Shown: in pieces, positions 61,433 through 64,000 of the stretch
Position numbering within the stretch: position 1 is the first letter of the stretch
Layout: each line of letters starts with the position of its first letter
Source: Lophium mytilinum
Taxonomy: Eukaryota
Assembly (NCBI GenBank): GCA_010093605.1
Contig: MU004194.1
Location: forward strand, 316,156-380,155
DNA: 64,000 nt
Reading direction: 5' to 3'
The notes under the pieces: generated by a model
Databases searched by the model: none
What the model was told of the DNA's origin: nothing
Seen by the model: the letters and a program-made list of their open reading frames with translations, nothing else
Translations under genes and position numbers: made by a program

Positions 61433-62577
61433 TTATTCGTCGGCCCCCGTGAGTGTATACGAAGAGGATGGTCTTCGTGATGTCATATCTCCAGTATAAT
61501 CCTGATATCCGCGGTGAAACTGATGCCCATCGTGTACGTTCGCGGTAGAATTAGGGCATTGCAAGAATTCATCATCGCACTCCTTGTATAGTGGCGCAGG
61601 AGTGGAACCATGTTGAAGCTCATCGTTGTTGGATTTCGTTGGTACGGCATGAGGCTTCTTGCCTTCTTGGACTGAAACGGCTTGAGGTTCGTTCGCCTGG
61701 AAGTTTGATGGAGCCCAGCGGTCGAAATTTCTCCGTCTCCTTGAGTGTTTTGAACTGTGGGTACCGTTCGATCTCAGTTGCGGAAGCTGTTCAGTGCTAC
61801 TCATACGCTCTTCGTCCATTTCGGAAAATGCGGAGCGCTCAGAAATTGCCGATAGATTCCTTTGATGCGTCGAACGAGACCTCATGAGCGCGTTCAAGGG
61901 TCCTTTATGGGGGTTGGAAGGGGTTCTGTCGCTTTTCAAATGGACACTGGACATGGAAATAGCGGAGTCAGGTCGACTTGTACTAGGTCTCGGCTTTCCA
62001 GAAAACACTACAGCGTCATCGCAGGCTTTTGTCAAAATGTCTGTGCTTTCTTGGCTCCGGAGGGTCGCCGCTTGATCGATTGGCGATTGACTGAGAAGAA
62101 TTAGACATTAGTAGAGCTTAAAGTGATATGAAGAATTGGTACGTACAGCTGAGTCGCGCGGATGAAGACGCTGAGGGATTGTAGCTGACTGTCTAGTTGT
62201 CTCTGATGCTCCTTCACTGTTCCTTCATCCCACAGATGCTTCCGTTTTCTGCCAAACTTGAAGAGTTTAGGGGTGGAATTCGACATGGCTCGAGCAACTT
62301 GGTTCTGTATCGTCTCGATGACTAGGTCGCAGGCTTCCAAAGAAGATCGGAATTGATTCTCTAATTCGAATGTCTTGACAGCGCCTTTCTCTAGCCGCTG
62401 ACTCAATCGATTTATCATGGCCCGAATGTTACCCAGATGGCTGGTCAGTAATGTGATGCCGACCTCGACATCAGCATAGCGTTTTTCTAGGTCTTTAAGA
62501 TCGACAAGTATCCATCCGACCCGGTGAGCGATTGCAGTGCAGCCGCTGACGAGGCTCTTGATGGTTGTAGGGTCCAT
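61433..62577 (-). CDS. Protein with a fungal HeLo-like / STAND N-terminal helical domain and a disordered tail; intron at 62091-62146
   Basis: MDP start, amphipathic helices and the LWDE..VKE...QL..QLQSL pattern. The canonical intron keeps the frame. Confidence 0.65.
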
Positions 62578-62909
62578 GGTGATGATGATTAAATATTATG
62601 TGTTGATCAAAGTTGGTGGTGTACCTGAAAACCCAAGCTTGAAAGCGGGCGGCTGAAGTATTAATGGCCTGAACGCCAGTTTCCAAGGAGGACAAACCCT
62701 GGCATATGAGCTTGAAGGCACTCTAGGCCTGCGGATTGCAAAAGGCAATATTATTGGTGGCGCCGTTGGGCGCTTCAGCTGGCAAGGGAGCCCTGGAGGG
62801 TGTTCGGCGTCGTCACATGATGACGAGATTGGGCGAATAGGGATGAGCGATTATTTTGATTGGTTGCGCAAAATACGGTTCATTCTGCCGTCTAGTTTAC
62901 CTAGTCTAC

Positions 62910-64000
62910 CTATGGAATTGCATCAACCGAATTGATTTGCCGACTTGTGCTAGCATTAAGATGGTCTCTGCTCTTCTGGCTTTGCTGGTACACCGCCTTT
63001 CTTAATCTGTTGATGCTACCCAAAGGTCTGTGAGCAGCGAGACCACGCCAAGGACTCAAGGACATATGGTCCTCCCAAAAGACGCGTCGCGCTGGGGACA
63101 GTGGGTCCTGCGGCGGGAACTCGAGAATCCCGAGGGTTTGGTAAGGTGCTGTAGATTCTTGCCAGACTACGGACGCGTCTTCAGTTGGGTGGTGGGCAGG
63201 GTCGGTCCCAAGCTGGATCTAGGCTGCCGTCAGCGGCGCAACTAAAATCCAAATCCAAGAATGAGTACCTTGAATTCATACTTCGCCCCTCTTTCCGTGA
63301 AGTATTCCCTCAACCATTCGCTGAGAATCTCTCGACTCTGGTTACTCTGTACCTTCTCCGAACCCTTCTTGCTCATCTCGTCATCCGCTGGAAACAGTGC
63401 AATGTGGCCATAGTAATCCCCAAATCGGAAGGCGCTCTGTGTATAGAAGTTCATTGAGATAATGTTGGTGTTCGGTAACATAGTGGGGGCAGTCTGCTTG
63501 AGAGCATCTGTTCTCAGCGCCGTTTTGGCCTGAAGAGTAACCGGATCGTCGAAATGTCTCTCTCTCAGCCTCATGATATCTAGGCAGGTATCAATATCCG
63601 TGAGCTCTATCATGGGCGCGTTGTTGAAGAAGAAATCCTGTGTAGTATCAGATTCATTGGCCCCTTCGAGAGGCTCGCCATTAACTCCAAAGATTTTGAG
63701 TGAGAGACCTCGCGGCCCCGGAGACTGATCTGGTTGCAAAAACACTGGCTCGTTGGCGAAGCGACCAGCTACGTCGTAGACTCGGCCTGCCTCAGCGAAG
63801 ATCCCTTGGCGAAGGTGGATCGGGAGGTCAGAATTCACTATCAACTTCCCTTTCACAATCCCTTGAGTTTTAACATGCGTGGCTCGGAATGCGTGGCGGT
63901 GCTAGAAGGGCTCAGACATGCTATGAGCCATTCTGATGAGAGGAACGGCGGACCTGATCGAAGTTGTGCTTTTGCATATTTTTCATAATTTCTGCTATTT
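62910..64000 (-). CDS. Catalase-like heme-dependent protein; 5' end lies outside the window; introns 63902-63953 and 63219-63268
   Basis: HRHAFRATHVKTQGIVKG, PRGLSLK, QDFFFNN, TEDASVVW and HRPLGSINRLRKAVY. Confidence 0.85.

Noticed and set aside
63850..63870. Possible frameshift in the catalase-like gene
   Set aside because: On re-reading, the frame THVKTQGIVKGKL is intact.

Overview
Eukaryotic genomic DNA from a filamentous ascomycete (Pezizomycotina; Dothideomycetes is my inference). Introns are short GT-AG, mostly 45-60 nt, with CTRAY-type branch points. About 24 protein-coding genes can be supported. Conserved ones are SCC2 (partial), FIG4, a dual-specificity phosphatase, an EBP sterol isomerase, a large DH/PH-like protein, MRPS9, EF1B-gamma hosting an intronic snR38-type C/D snoRNA, a class II cAMP phosphodiesterase, a PPR protein, a histidine acid phosphatase, an SRA/YDG protein, a Zn-dependent ADH, a PEX22-like protein, SPT20, a HeLo-like N-terminal domain protein and a catalase-like protein (partial). 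The most unusual part is an accessory block at about 6-15 kb. It holds three tandem, highly diverged paralogs built on a Cys/His domain I do not recognise (core [FY]xCxNxxCxGH...C[YF]). All three sit behind a conserved 35-bp TATA-containing cassette, next to an ~18-bp minisatellite and a TpA-rich relic, and the block is bracketed by F-box-like genes. Exon-intron boundaries were read by eye and no database searches were run.
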